A stretch of 64,000 nucleotides of DNA, from NCBI GenBank assembly GCA_963725865.1, contig CAVSAC010000012.1, positions 672,001 to 736,000 of the forward strand. Reading direction: 5' to 3'. The position numbers and the translations under genes were made by a program. Under the pieces are notes generated by a model. It was not told where the DNA came from and did no database searches. It saw nothing but the letters and a program-made list of their open reading frames with translations. Source of the DNA: Candidatus Eiseniibacteriota bacterium (GTDB lineage Bacteria; Eisenbacteria; RBG-16-71-46). This document shows, piece by piece, positions 1-9,816 of this stretch (position 1 is the first letter of the stretch; every line of letters starts with the position of its first letter).

Positions 1-2
1 CC

Positions 3-923
3 GAGCAGGGCGCGGGCGCGATCGGCACCACCGGGCGCGGCATCGGCGGCGCCTATCGCGACAAGGCCGCGCGCACCGGCATCCGCATCGGCGACCTGGC
101 CGACCGCGCGGCGTTCGTCGCGGCCGCCGAGCGCAATCGCGTGCGCTACGCGCGCGAGTTCCCGGAGGCCGCGGGGCTCGGCACGCTGAGCGGCGCGTCG
201 ATCCATGCCGAGCTGGCGGAGACCATCGTGTGGCTGCAGCCGCTCGTCAGCGATGTCGCGAGCGAGCTGCACGCGGCGCTCAAGGCGGGCCGGCGCGTGC
301 TGCTCGAGGGCGCGCAGGGCACGCTGCTCGACCTCGACCACGGCACCTATCCATTCGTGACTTCGTCGCCCGCGAGCGCCGCCGGGGCACCGCTCGGCGT
401 CGGGCTGGGACCGCGCGCGGTCGACCGCGTGATCGGCGTGACCAAGGCGTACACCACGCGCGTCGGCAACGGGCCGTTCCCGACCGAGATGCCCGAGGCC
501 GAGGCCGCACACCTGCGCGAGGCGGGCGAGGAGTACGGCGCCACTACGGGGCGCCCGCGCCGCTGCGGGTGGCTCGACCTGCCGGCGCTGCGCTACGCGG
601 CGCGCATCAACTCGCTCGACGCGCTGGTGGTGACCAAGCTCGACGTGCTCGACGCGTTCGACGAGATCCGGGTGGCGACCGGCTACCAGCTCGACGGGCG
701 CACGTTTGACGACTTCCACATGGGCGCCGCGACGCTCGAGCGCGTGAAGCCGGTGTGGCGCACGTTCCCGGGCTGGACGTGCTCGACCCGCGCGGCGCGT
801 CACTGGGGCGACCTGCCGGAGCGCGCGCGCAGCTACCTCGAGTGGATCGAGCGCGAGGCCGGCGTGCCGATCGCGTCCGTCTCGGTGGGCGCCGAGCGCG
901 AGGCCGAGGTGGCGCGGCAGTGA
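3..923 (+). CDS. purA: Adenylosuccinate synthetase, 5'-truncated by window edge
   Basis: Frame is open from base 3: IGTTGRGIG, LLEGAQGTLLDLDHGTYPFVTSS, KAYTTRVGNGPFPTE, GATTGRPRRCGWLD, TKLDVLD motifs. Confidence 0.97.
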   Translation, partial: EQGAGAIGTTGRGIGGAYRDKAARTGIRIGDLADRAAFVAAAERNRVRYAREFPEAAGLGTLSGASIHAELAETIVWLQPLVSDVASELHAALKAGRRVLLEGAQGTLLDLDHGTYPFVTSSPASAAGAPLGVGLGPRAVDRVIGVTKAYTTRVGNGPFPTEMPEAEAAHLREAGEEYGATTGRPRRCGWLDLPALRYAARINSLDALVVTKLDVLDAFDEIRVATGYQLDGRTFDDFHMGAATLERVKPVWRTFPGWTCSTRAARHWGDLPERARSYLEWIEREAGVPIASVSVGAEREAEVARQ

Positions 924-1208
924 GCCGACTGGCGGCGGAGCCGGCCGCCTCCGAAATGAGACACCCATCACATCCTCAACGAGAGCGCGCGCGCAGCCGC
1001 TGGAATCGCTGCCGGACGCGAGTTGAGTCTTGACGGGACCCTGACGCGCTGCGAGGCTTACCGGCAGCCACCAAGATTGAATCGACTCAGTCTCTGGAGT
1101 TGCTGGTTGTCTGTCGTCGCGCTCCATCCCTCCATCACGTGTCCCCCCGAGGCCCGCCGGAAGGACTACGGAGTTGCATGAGCGTCCTGCTCAAACAAGG
1201 AGGACTGC

Positions 1209-1916
1209 ATGAGATTGCTACGCTCTGCGCTCACACTCTCCGTCGCCATCGCTCTCGCGCTGGTGACCATCGTGGCATCTGCGTCGCCGGCTGCCGCGGC
1301 TCCACGCGTGCCTCAGATCGCGCTCTGTGACGGCTCGCTGCAGAGCTATTTCAACGGTGTCGGGGAGTCCATCAGCGTTCTCACCGACCAGATCGACGCC
1401 GAGGTCTGGACCACTGGCGTGTCGGGCAATGCCGATTTCACCTACATGGTCGAGTTGGCCGGCTTCGCGGATCAGAACGCCATCGGCGTTTACAACACCG
1501 TCGAAGCGAGCCCAACGCTGTTCCAAGTGTTCCCTGGCGCGGCGGGGGCCGGTTGGTCTGCATACCTGCATTTCGGCGCGGGCAATCTGATCGTGACGCT
1601 GTTCAACAACGGCGTTCCTCAGGGCTCGACGACCCACTTCGGCGTGGACGCGCACAAGTTCGGCTTCTACCTCCAGGGTCCGGGTGGGACGTTTTATTCG
1701 CAGGATGCGCGCAACGGCAACCTGGCCCAGGTGTTGACCTACCTGGGTACGGGCGTCAACTCCGGGGACAAGTGGGTGTGCTTCGAGGACCTGCCGTATC
1801 AGTATCCGAACTGCCTCACCGACTTCGAGGACGCGGTTCTCCTGGTCCAGTCGGTGAATCCGGTGCCGGTGGATGGCAGGACGTGGGGACAGTTGAAGAT
1901 CCTGTACGGTCGCTGA
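1209..1916 (+). CDS. Secreted protein, DUF4114-like body (type often seen in PEP-CTERM proteins), C-terminal TWG-K-Y motif
   Basis: AAGGAGG RBS; signal peptide; FGFYL..GGTFYSQ..N and FEDL...DFED motifs; ends NPVPVDGRTWGQLKILYGR. Confidence 0.75.
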   Translation: MRLLRSALTLSVAIALALVTIVASASPAAAAPRVPQIALCDGSLQSYFNGVGESISVLTDQIDAEVWTTGVSGNADFTYMVELAGFADQNAIGVYNTVEASPTLFQVFPGAAGAGWSAYLHFGAGNLIVTLFNNGVPQGSTTHFGVDAHKFGFYLQGPGGTFYSQDARNGNLAQVLTYLGTGVNSGDKWVCFEDLPYQYPNCLTDFEDAVLLVQSVNPVPVDGRTWGQLKILYGR

Positions 1917-2000
1917 CGCGTGAAGGGGCCGATGCCATCCCGCAGCGGGATGGTCGCGGGCCGCGGCATAGCGGGTGACTCTTCGCCCGAGCTGGAAGAT

Positions 2001-2034
2001 GAAGCCCCTGCGTGCAGTCGCACGCAGGGGCTTC
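2001..2034 (+). terminator. Perfect 15-bp hairpin, possible terminator or processing stem
   Basis: gaagcccctgcgtgc-agtc-gcacgcaggggcttc downstream of the 1209 gene; no strong U-tract. Confidence 0.5.
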
Positions 2035-2228
2035 GGTCACCATTCACACTTCGCGGCGGCTTCCCGTCGGCACGCGTGTCCGAATCCCCACGGAGATGAT
2101 CACGCGATCGGCGTTGTGGATTGAGCCCGTCCCCACGGCCACTTAGAATCAAGGGGTTCGTCACGGTCCCGGCGCGCGCTCGGACCCAACTCCCGGGCAC
2201 CATCCCGGCGCACCACGGCGAGGACCGC

Positions 2229-5200
2229 ATGAGCGCACCCATCCCGCGGCAGGCCCGTTCCGTGGTGCAGCGCGTGCTCGCCGCGGGGTTGCTGACCGTG
2301 GCGATGTCGGAGTGGTGCGCGGGCGTGGCGCGGCCGCAGAGCGCCCGCACCGACTTCTACGTCACGAACGGGACCGTGTTCGCCGAAGCCCTGTCGGGGA
2401 GCACGCTCTTCGTCGGGGGCAGCTTCAGCCGGGTGGGTCCGCCGACCGGCTCCGGCGTACCGCTGGCGGCCGCCTCCGGCGCCCCGCTCGACGGATTTCC
2501 CAGAGTCCTCGGGCAGGTAAACGTGGTCGCCTCCGACGGCGCGGGCGGATGGTTCATCGCAGGAGCGTTCACTTCGGTGGGCGGCGTCGCGCGCTCGAAC
2601 CTCGCGCACGTCCTGGCCGACCAATCGGTGTCCGGGTGGGACCCGGGCGCGAACAACGCCGTGCGCGCCCTGGTCGTCAGCGGCGGCACCGTATACGTCG
2701 GCGGCGACTTCACCATCGTGGGCGGGCAATCTCGAGCGAGTATCGCGGCGCTCGATTCCGCCACCGGACTCGCCACTGCCTGGGACCCGAGTGCGAACGG
2801 CAGCGTCCAGAGTCTCGCGCGAAGTGGCGAGACCGTGTACGCGGGCGGGCAGTTCACCACCATCGGCGGTCAGACGCGCAGACGCATCGCGGCGCTCGAT
2901 GCGACGACCGGCCTCGCCTCGGGCTGGGACCCCGGCGCCGACGGCACCGTTCGTGCGCTCGCCCTGGACGGCGGGACGATCTACGCCGGCGGCTTCTTCA
3001 GCAGCATCGGGGGACAGACGCGCAACAACCTCGCAGCGCTGGACTCGACCACTGGTCAATCCACCGCGTGGAATCCGGGCAGCAACGGACAGGTCGCGGC
3101 TCTGGCGATGGACGGTGCGACGCTGTACGCGGGCGGCAGCTTCACCACCATCGGCAGGCAGCCCCGCAACCGAATCGCCGCGCTGGACCGAGCGAGTGGT
3201 CAGCCCACGGGATGGAATCCGAACGCGAGCGCCCAGGTGCTGGTCGTGGTCGCGAGCGATGGCGTGGTGTACGCGGGCGGCGACTTCCAGGTCATCGGTG
3301 GCCAGCTCCGCAGCCAGCTCGCTGCGGTGGACACCGCCACCGGCCAGGCCACCGCCTGGGATCCGAGCGCCTACGGAACGGTCACCGCGCTGGCGGCGAG
3401 CGACGGTGTCGTGTACGCGGGCGGGAGCTTCGCCGGGATGGGCGGACTGCTCCGGAACAACCTCGCCGCCTTCGACGTGTCGAGCGGAGCGGTCACCTCA
3501 TGGGATCCCAACGCCGACGGCCAGGTCTCCGCACTCGCCGCGGGGCCCAACGCGGTGTACGCGGGCGGCCTCTTCGCCAGCGTCGGCGGCCAGCCGCGCA
3601 GCTACCTCGCGGCGCTGGGTCCCGCGAGTGGGCTCGCCACCACGTGGAATCCGAACGCGGACGGCCAGATCCTCGCGCTCCACGTGAGCAACGGGGCGGT
3701 GTACGCGGGCGGACTCTTCGGCAGCCTCGGAGGGCAGCCGCGGTCGTCGCTCGCGGCGGTGGACGCCGCGAGCGGCCTCGCCACCTCCTGGAACCCGAAC
3801 GTCGACGGCCTGGTCTATGTGCTCGACGTGATCGGGGGGACACTCTACGCCGGCGGCAGCTTCAGCGAGGTGGGAGGGCAGGCCCGGAACAACCTCGCGG
3901 CCGTGGACCTCGCCACCGGCACTCCAACGTCCTGGAATCCGAATCCCAACGGCACGGTGCGATCGCTCGAACTGGGCTGCGGGACGGTCTACGCGGGAGG
4001 CTTCTTCACCACGATCGGCGGGCAGGCCCGCACCAGCCTCGCGGCGCTCGACGCCACCAGCGGGCTCGCGTCGACCTGGAACCCGACCGCCAACGGTCCC
4101 GTGTTCGCGCTCCTGCTCGACGATGGAAAGGTGTACGTGGGCGGTGTGTTCAATCTCGTGGGTGGGCAGTCGCGCAATCGGATCGCGGCGCTCGATCCCG
4201 GCAGCGGGCAGGCGACCGCATGGAACCCCAACTCGAACGGCACGATCCGCGCGCTGGTGGCGGCAAGCGGATCGGTCTACGCCGGTGGGGCGTTCGGAGC
4301 GATCGGCGGCGCGCGGGTCGCCAATCTCGCGGCGATCTCGGCCGACCCCAGCCTGACCTGTCCGCTCGTGGTCCTCGCACCGCCTACGCTGCCGGCGGGA
4401 GTGAAGGACGTCGCCTACGCGCAGACCCTCGCGGCGAGCGGAGGTGGTGCGCCGTACTGCTACGCGGTGACCGGCGGCCGCCTGCCCGACGGGCTCGCGC
4501 TCGACCCGGCGACCGGCAGGATCGAGGGCGTGCCCACGGTGGCGGGGGCCTTCCCGTTCTCGGTGGGCGTCACCGACGCACGCAACTGCACGGGGTCCGC
4601 GACCTATGTCCTGAGCATCTTCCACTCCCCGGCCCAGTCCTTCGTGGTCGCGAACACCAACGGGCTCTGCATCTCGAGCGCGCATCCCTGCGTGAGCGTG
4701 CCCTTCGAGTACCAGCGCTCGGACAGCGTTCCGGCGCGCGCCATGAGCGTGACGTTCCAGATCGACGTGACGAAGTGCTCGCTCTGCACGCCGGGAACAC
4801 CCGCACAGAGCATCCACGCCGGCTCGTGGCTCGCGGATTTCGATCGGTCCTTCCAGGTGGTCGACCTGGGCGGCGGAGCGTACAAGGTCGACCAGACCAT
4901 CCTGGGCTTCCCGTGCGGTACGACTGGCGGCGGCCAGGTCTTCAGCGTGGACGTGAAGTCGGTGGACGGTGACGGCGGCGGTGCCATCACCGTCACGGCG
5001 GTCAGCGTCCGCGACTGCAACAACGACGCGATCGCGGCGGTGCCGGGACCTGCGGACACCCTGGCGATCCTCAACACGCCGATCGCCATCCTGCCCGACA
5101 CGTTGCCGTCGGCCACGACTGGCGTGCCTTACAGCCAGGTGCTCACGGCCGGCGCGGGCGTGGGGCCGTTTTCCTTCGCGCTCACCGCGGGCTCGCTGCC

Positions 5201-7379
5201 GCCCGGGCTCGCGCTCTCCACGAGCGGCGTGTTGTCGGGCACACCGATGGCGCCCGACGTCTCCCCGTTCACGGTCGCGGTCTCCGACTCGCGGGGATGT
5301 CCCGGCAGCCGCGCGTACAGCCTCGCCGTCACCTGCGCTCCCATCGCGCTCCGGCCCACGGCGCTGCCCGGGGGCGTCGTCGGGATCCCCTACGGCCAGA
5401 CGCTCGCGGCCCTTGCCGGCCGGCCGCCGTACGCGTTCGCGCTGCTGAGTGGTGCGCTCCCGCACGGTCTGACGCTGGCGAGCGACGGAACGCTCTCCGG
5501 CTCGCCCGACTCGAGCGCGAGCTGTGTCATCCTGGTCGGCGTCACCGACGCGAACGGCTGTACCGGCAGCCGGAGCTACCTGGTGAACATCTTCGCCACC
5601 CTGCCCGAGTCGTTCGTGACGGCGAACACCAGCGGGCTCTGCGTCACTCCGACGAACCCCTGCGTCACCGTGCCGTTCGTGTTCGTCCGGGCGGACACTC
5701 TGCCGGCGCGCGCGATGAGCGTGCTCTTCCAGCTCGACGAGTCGAAGCTGACGCTCTGCACGCCGACCAATCCCGCGGCCAGCATCCACCCCGGCCCGTG
5801 GCTCGCTGGCTTCGACCGCAGCTTCCATGTGGTGGACAACGGCGGTGGCTCGTACACGGTGGATCAGGTCATCCTGGGCACCACGTGCGGCGCCACGGGC
5901 GGCGGGCCGATCTTCACGGTGGACCTCAAGGCGATCGGCGACGACGGCGACGGGACCATCACCGTGGCGGCGGTCGGCGTGCGCGACTGCGACAACGCGC
6001 CGATCCCGGCCGCGGCGGGCGCACCGGCCGAGCTCACGATCGACAATCTCGGACCCGCGGCGATCACCGACCTGGCCAGCACTCCGGGCACGCCGGCCAG
6101 CGATTCGAGCGGGACCATCGACGTTCGTCTCACTTGGTCCACGGGCGGCGTCGGAAGCGTGAGCCTCTATCGCGCTCCCTTCGGCTCGTACCCCGAGTAC
6201 GACGACGACATGCAGGTGGTGCCGCCGACCCCGCAGACGGCTCCGGGGCCGCCCTGGTCACTGGTCGTGACGGACGCGACACCGGGCTACCTCGACCACG
6301 GGGCGTCGCGCGGGTATTGGCACTACGTGGCGATCGTGACCGACCCTTGTGGGGTGCGCTCGATCGTCTCGAACATGCCTGCCGGCGTGCTGAATTACTA
6401 CCTCGGCGACGTCTGCGACGGCCGCACTCAGGGGCAGGGTGACAACCGCGTGAGCACTGAAGACGTCTCGCTGTTGGGCGCGAATTACGGCATTGGGGAC
6501 GCGGAGATCACGGCGCGCCACGTGGAGTTCCTGGATTTCGGGCCGACGACGGATGGTCTGCCGCGCTCGCGGCCGACGCCCGACGACCAGATCGACATCG
6601 AGGATCTGATGATCCTCGCCACCAGCTATCCGGGCTCCACGGGCCCCGAGCCGGGGATCCGCCGCGCGAGCGCGCGCAGCGACCGCGCGCAGCCAGCGTC
6701 CGCACGGGACGAGTTCTTCGTCACCGCCCCCTCGCAGGTCGAGGAGGGGCAGATCGTAAGCGCCGACCTGTGGCTGCGAGGGTCCGGCCGCATGCAGGGC
6801 TTCTCGGTCCGCGTCGGCTGGGATCCGGCGGTGGTCCAGCCCATCGGGATGCATTCGAGCCAGCTCATCGAGGCCCAGGGGGGAGTGGTGCTCTCCCCTC
6901 GAGCGGGTACCGTGGACGCCGCGCTGTTGGGCGTGAGGGAGCAAGGCATGACCGGTGACAGCGTGGTCGCGACGGTCGCCTTCCAGGCGCTGAAGGCCGG
7001 TCTCCCTGGATTCCACGTGGCGAGTGTCGTGGCCCGTGACTCGGCGAATGGTCCGCTCGACGCGGGCGCGGTCCTCTCGGCGGCGCGTCCGGTTCCGCCC
7101 GCTGCGACGCTGCTGCTCGCTCCACTGCCCAACCCCTTCCGCGGCGAGGTGACGCTGACGTTCGGCCTGGCTCGGTCCGGCCCGATCGTGCTGGAGGTGT
7201 ACTCGGTGGACGGGCGGAAGGTCCGGACGCTGGCGAGTGGGCAGCGCGAGGCCGGGATCTACCACATCGGCTGGAATGGCACGGATGACGCACGCCGTTC
7301 GATCTCGCCCGGGGTGTACTACGCACGCCTGACGGCGGCGGGGCACACGTTCACGAAGCGCTTGGTCTATCTGAGGTAA
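2229..7379 (+). CDS. Giant secreted protein A: ~14 x 48-aa beta-propeller repeats, 3 He_PIG-like Ig domains, 2 Cys-containing cohesin-like domains, X module, dockerin-like, cohesin-like, FlgD-Ig/T9SS-like tail
   Basis: GAGGA plus ATG at 2229, in frame with ORF 2121; W(N/D)P repeats every 144 bp (2637-4221); LPxG...Y.Q.L.A.GG..PY Ig motifs; YYLGDV..G...DN.V...DVSLLG..YG; tail PNPF..YSVDGRKVRTL..WNG..GVYYARL..KRLVYLR. Confidence 0.85.
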   Translation: MSAPIPRQARSVVQRVLAAGLLTVAMSEWCAGVARPQSARTDFYVTNGTVFAEALSGSTLFVGGSFSRVGPPTGSGVPLAAASGAPLDGFPRVLGQVNVVASDGAGGWFIAGAFTSVGGVARSNLAHVLADQSVSGWDPGANNAVRALVVSGGTVYVGGDFTIVGGQSRASIAALDSATGLATAWDPSANGSVQSLARSGETVYAGGQFTTIGGQTRRRIAALDATTGLASGWDPGADGTVRALALDGGTIYAGGFFSSIGGQTRNNLAALDSTTGQSTAWNPGSNGQVAALAMDGATLYAGGSFTTIGRQPRNRIAALDRASGQPTGWNPNASAQVLVVVASDGVVYAGGDFQVIGGQLRSQLAAVDTATGQATAWDPSAYGTVTALAASDGVVYAGGSFAGMGGLLRNNLAAFDVSSGAVTSWDPNADGQVSALAAGPNAVYAGGLFASVGGQPRSYLAALGPASGLATTWNPNADGQILALHVSNGAVYAGGLFGSLGGQPRSSLAAVDAASGLATSWNPNVDGLVYVLDVIGGTLYAGGSFSEVGGQARNNLAAVDLATGTPTSWNPNPNGTVRSLELGCGTVYAGGFFTTIGGQARTSLAALDATSGLASTWNPTANGPVFALLLDDGKVYVGGVFNLVGGQSRNRIAALDPGSGQATAWNPNSNGTIRALVAASGSVYAGGAFGAIGGARVANLAAISADPSLTCPLVVLAPPTLPAGVKDVAYAQTLAASGGGAPYCYAVTGGRLPDGLALDPATGRIEGVPTVAGAFPFSVGVTDARNCTGSATYVLSIFHSPAQSFVVANTNGLCISSAHPCVSVPFEYQRSDSVPARAMSVTFQIDVTKCSLCTPGTPAQSIHAGSWLADFDRSFQVVDLGGGAYKVDQTILGFPCGTTGGGQVFSVDVKSVDGDGGGAITVTAVSVRDCNNDAIAAVPGPADTLAILNTPIAILPDTLPSATTGVPYSQVLTAGAGVGPFSFALTAGSLPPGLALSTSGVLSGTPMAPDVSPFTVAVSDSRGCPGSRAYSLAVTCAPIALRPTALPGGVVGIPYGQTLAALAGRPPYAFALLSGALPHGLTLASDGTLSGSPDSSASCVILVGVTDANGCTGSRSYLVNIFATLPESFVTANTSGLCVTPTNPCVTVPFVFVRADTLPARAMSVLFQLDESKLTLCTPTNPAASIHPGPWLAGFDRSFHVVDNGGGSYTVDQVILGTTCGATGGGPIFTVDLKAIGDDGDGTITVAAVGVRDCDNAPIPAAAGAPAELTIDNLGPAAITDLASTPGTPASDSSGTIDVRLTWSTGGVGSVSLYRAPFGSYPEYDDDMQVVPPTPQTAPGPPWSLVVTDATPGYLDHGASRGYWHYVAIVTDPCGVRSIVSNMPAGVLNYYLGDVCDGRTQGQGDNRVSTEDVSLLGANYGIGDAEITARHVEFLDFGPTTDGLPRSRPTPDDQIDIEDLMILATSYPGSTGPEPGIRRASARSDRAQPASARDEFFVTAPSQVEEGQIVSADLWLRGSGRMQGFSVRVGWDPAVVQPIGMHSSQLIEAQGGVVLSPRAGTVDAALLGVREQGMTGDSVVATVAFQALKAGLPGFHVASVVARDSANGPLDAGAVLSAARPVPPAATLLLAPLPNPFRGEVTLTFGLARSGPIVLEVYSVDGRKVRTLASGQREAGIYHIGWNGTDDARRSISPGVYYARLTAAGHTFTKRLVYLR

Positions 7380-7467
7380 GGGCCCGGCCGATCGGTGCGC
7401 CGCAAGTTCCATACGATCGCTCGTCCATGATCTCCTGGCGACTCCTTCAGCGAAGTTCATTCCGGCG

Positions 7468-9630
7468 ATGAGGAACGCGCCGGGAAGACCGTCTCGTGCC
7501 ACCGCGGCCGCCCACGGCGCCGCCGAGCCCGGTCTCGTGAGCGCGGGCGCGCCGATGCATGAGGCGGTCGGACTATCGCCGCAACTCGGCAACGTCGTGG
7601 CCATCGCAGTGCGGGTGGCGCTCGCATTCGCGGTCCTCGGCTTCTCCCCATGGAGTCTCGTCGAGTCGTTCGAAGTCCCGAAGATCGCACTCGTGCGGGC
7701 GGTGGGGCTGGGCGTCCTCACCTTGGCGCTGGTGGCGCGCCGGGCCTGGTCGGCGGTGCGCTGGAACGTCGTGGACCTGGCGGTGCTGGCGTGGCTCGCG
7801 GTCGAGATCGCGGCCACGGCTTTCTCGGTCTCGCCGCGCATCAGCGTGCTGGGCTCGCCGTGGCAGCACGAGGGCCTGCTCACCTCGGTGGCGCTGGCCG
7901 GGATCTACGTGGGGCTGCGCTTCTCGCACCGCTTCCTCGCCGCCTTCCGCCCGACGCTCGCCGTGTTCCTGGCGGCCGCGGCCGTGGCGTGCCTGTATGC
8001 ACTGGCGCAGGTGGTCCATCTCGACCCGATGCCCTGGACCCGCACTGCCGCTTACGCCGGCGGCTACGTGCGTCCCTTCGGCACGCTCGGGCACCCCAAC
8101 CTGCTCGGGGAGATCGGGGCGCTCGCGTGTGCGGCGGCGACGGCACTCGGGTTGGCTGAGCGTCGGCGCCGTTGGGCTTTGGCGTTCGTGGTGCTCGTCG
8201 GCGCGGGTGCAGCCGTCGCCTCGCTGTCGCGTGCTGCGTGGATCGCGCTGCCCCTCGGGACGGTGCTCGCGGGCGTGCTCGCATGGAGCGAGACAGAAAC
8301 TCGGCGGATCTCCCGATGGGCGGTGGTGATCGGTGGTGGCCTGACGGCCCTGCTCGCTGTGGCGCTGGCCGCCAGCAGTGGAGGCCGGCTGTTGGCGGCG
8401 CGGGCCGCCGAGATGCTGTCGAGCACGACCGGCTCGGGCGCGAGCCGGGTCGAGATCTGGCGCGCGGCGCTCGCCGCTTGGCGGGGGCGTCCCTGGCTCG
8501 GTCACGGACCGGATACCTTCGAGCTGGTGTATCCCCGCTTCCAGACCCCAGCCTACTGGCGACTCGAGTGGCTGGGCACGCCGTTCCACGCGCACTCGAT
8601 CGTGCTCCACACGCTCAGCACCCGGGGGACGCTGGGGTTGCTCGCCGCAGTGTTCGTGGCCGTGGCGATGGCCTGGGCCTGGTGGCGCGCAAGCCGCGGA
8701 CGCGGGGATGGGCGCGCGCTGCGGGCCTCGTTGGTGAGCGCGACGGTGACCGTCGTGGTGTGTGGGCTGTTTGGCGCGATCGGGATCAGTGGCGCGTTCG
8801 TGCTCGTGCTGACGGCCGCGTTCCTGGCGGCGACGCTCGAGGGCGTCCCCGGGGGCGCGGCGCGCTCGGCCCGACTCCCGGCAGAGCACCGGCCCTCGAA
8901 GGCGACACGCTCACACCGAAGGCCGAAGGGGCGGCTGACGCCGGTCTACTGGCTCGCGGCCGGCTGCGGACTTGCGGTCTCGCTTCTCGTGGCCTGGGGG
9001 GAGTGGATCGACCTCAGAGCCGCTTACTTCGCCCGCGGTGCCGACACCCTCGCGTCGAACGCGCCGGCCGAGGCCGTCCTCGCCGCTCGCCTCGCCACCC
9101 GGACTATGCCATTCGAGGACCTCTACGAGCGCTACCACGTCGATGCCCTGAGGGCACTCATCGCGAAGGCTCCGGGACGCGGCGCGCTGCTCGACGAGGC
9201 GGAGCGGGCGGCCCGCCGCGCCGTGGCCCTCACCGCGCGGCGGCCGGGCTGCCACCTCAGGCTGGTCGCCGTGTACGCGGACCGCGCCGAGCTCGGGGAT
9301 TCCTCCGCGGTGGCTCTGATGGAGGCTGCATCTCGCAGTGTGCTGAAGCTCGCTCCCGTGGATGTGATGGCGCGCGTCATCTTCGCGCAGACGGAGCTGC
9401 GTCTCGGGCGGCCGAGCGAGGCGCTTGGTTTGGCAGGGGAGGCCGCGCGGATCGACTCGACCTGGGCACCACCGTACGCCATCATCGCCCAGGCGCGCAT
9501 CGGCCTGGGCGATCTCGCTGGTGCGCGCGCCGCGTTCGCGCGGTCCTTGAAGGCAGACTGGCGCGGGAACGCCGCGGCCCGTGCCGACGCAGAGCAGCAG
9601 TGGCGGTCAGTGGGGGCCACCGCGCGCTGA
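7468..9630 (+). CDS. O-antigen ligase (Wzy_C)/O-oligosaccharyltransferase family membrane protein with C-terminal TPR-like region
   Basis: Many hydrophobic segments; RPFGTLGHPN, SLSRAAW, SRVEIWRAA...PWLGHGPDTF, HAHS motifs; helical Ala-rich C-terminus. Start may be 7555. Confidence 0.85.
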   Translation: MRNAPGRPSRATAAAHGAAEPGLVSAGAPMHEAVGLSPQLGNVVAIAVRVALAFAVLGFSPWSLVESFEVPKIALVRAVGLGVLTLALVARRAWSAVRWNVVDLAVLAWLAVEIAATAFSVSPRISVLGSPWQHEGLLTSVALAGIYVGLRFSHRFLAAFRPTLAVFLAAAAVACLYALAQVVHLDPMPWTRTAAYAGGYVRPFGTLGHPNLLGEIGALACAAATALGLAERRRRWALAFVVLVGAGAAVASLSRAAWIALPLGTVLAGVLAWSETETRRISRWAVVIGGGLTALLAVALAASSGGRLLAARAAEMLSSTTGSGASRVEIWRAALAAWRGRPWLGHGPDTFELVYPRFQTPAYWRLEWLGTPFHAHSIVLHTLSTRGTLGLLAAVFVAVAMAWAWWRASRGRGDGRALRASLVSATVTVVVCGLFGAIGISGAFVLVLTAAFLAATLEGVPGGAARSARLPAEHRPSKATRSHRRPKGRLTPVYWLAAGCGLAVSLLVAWGEWIDLRAAYFARGADTLASNAPAEAVLAARLATRTMPFEDLYERYHVDALRALIAKAPGRGALLDEAERAARRAVALTARRPGCHLRLVAVYADRAELGDSSAVALMEAASRSVLKLAPVDVMARVIFAQTELRLGRPSEALGLAGEAARIDSTWAPPYAIIAQARIGLGDLAGARAAFARSLKADWRGNAAARADAEQQWRSVGATAR

Positions 9631-9816
9631 GCCGGCGATTGGCGACCCTGCCTGCACGGACGGTTGGGCTCGGGATCCACCGGGCGCCAATTCCCGTAGC
9701 CGAACCCGGGCGCCCACGCACCTGCAGTTGCGGCCCGACCCACCGGCGGGCCCGGCCTCTGCCAGGCCCGCCGTGGATCACGGAGCCGCCCCACCGGGAG
9801 GTGGCCCCGCCGTCGC

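Noticed and set aside
7100..7379. FlgD-like tails as flagellar hook-capping genes
   Set aside because: They occur only as terminal domains of signal-peptide proteins and no flagellar genes are nearby; better read as secretion-tail-like domains.
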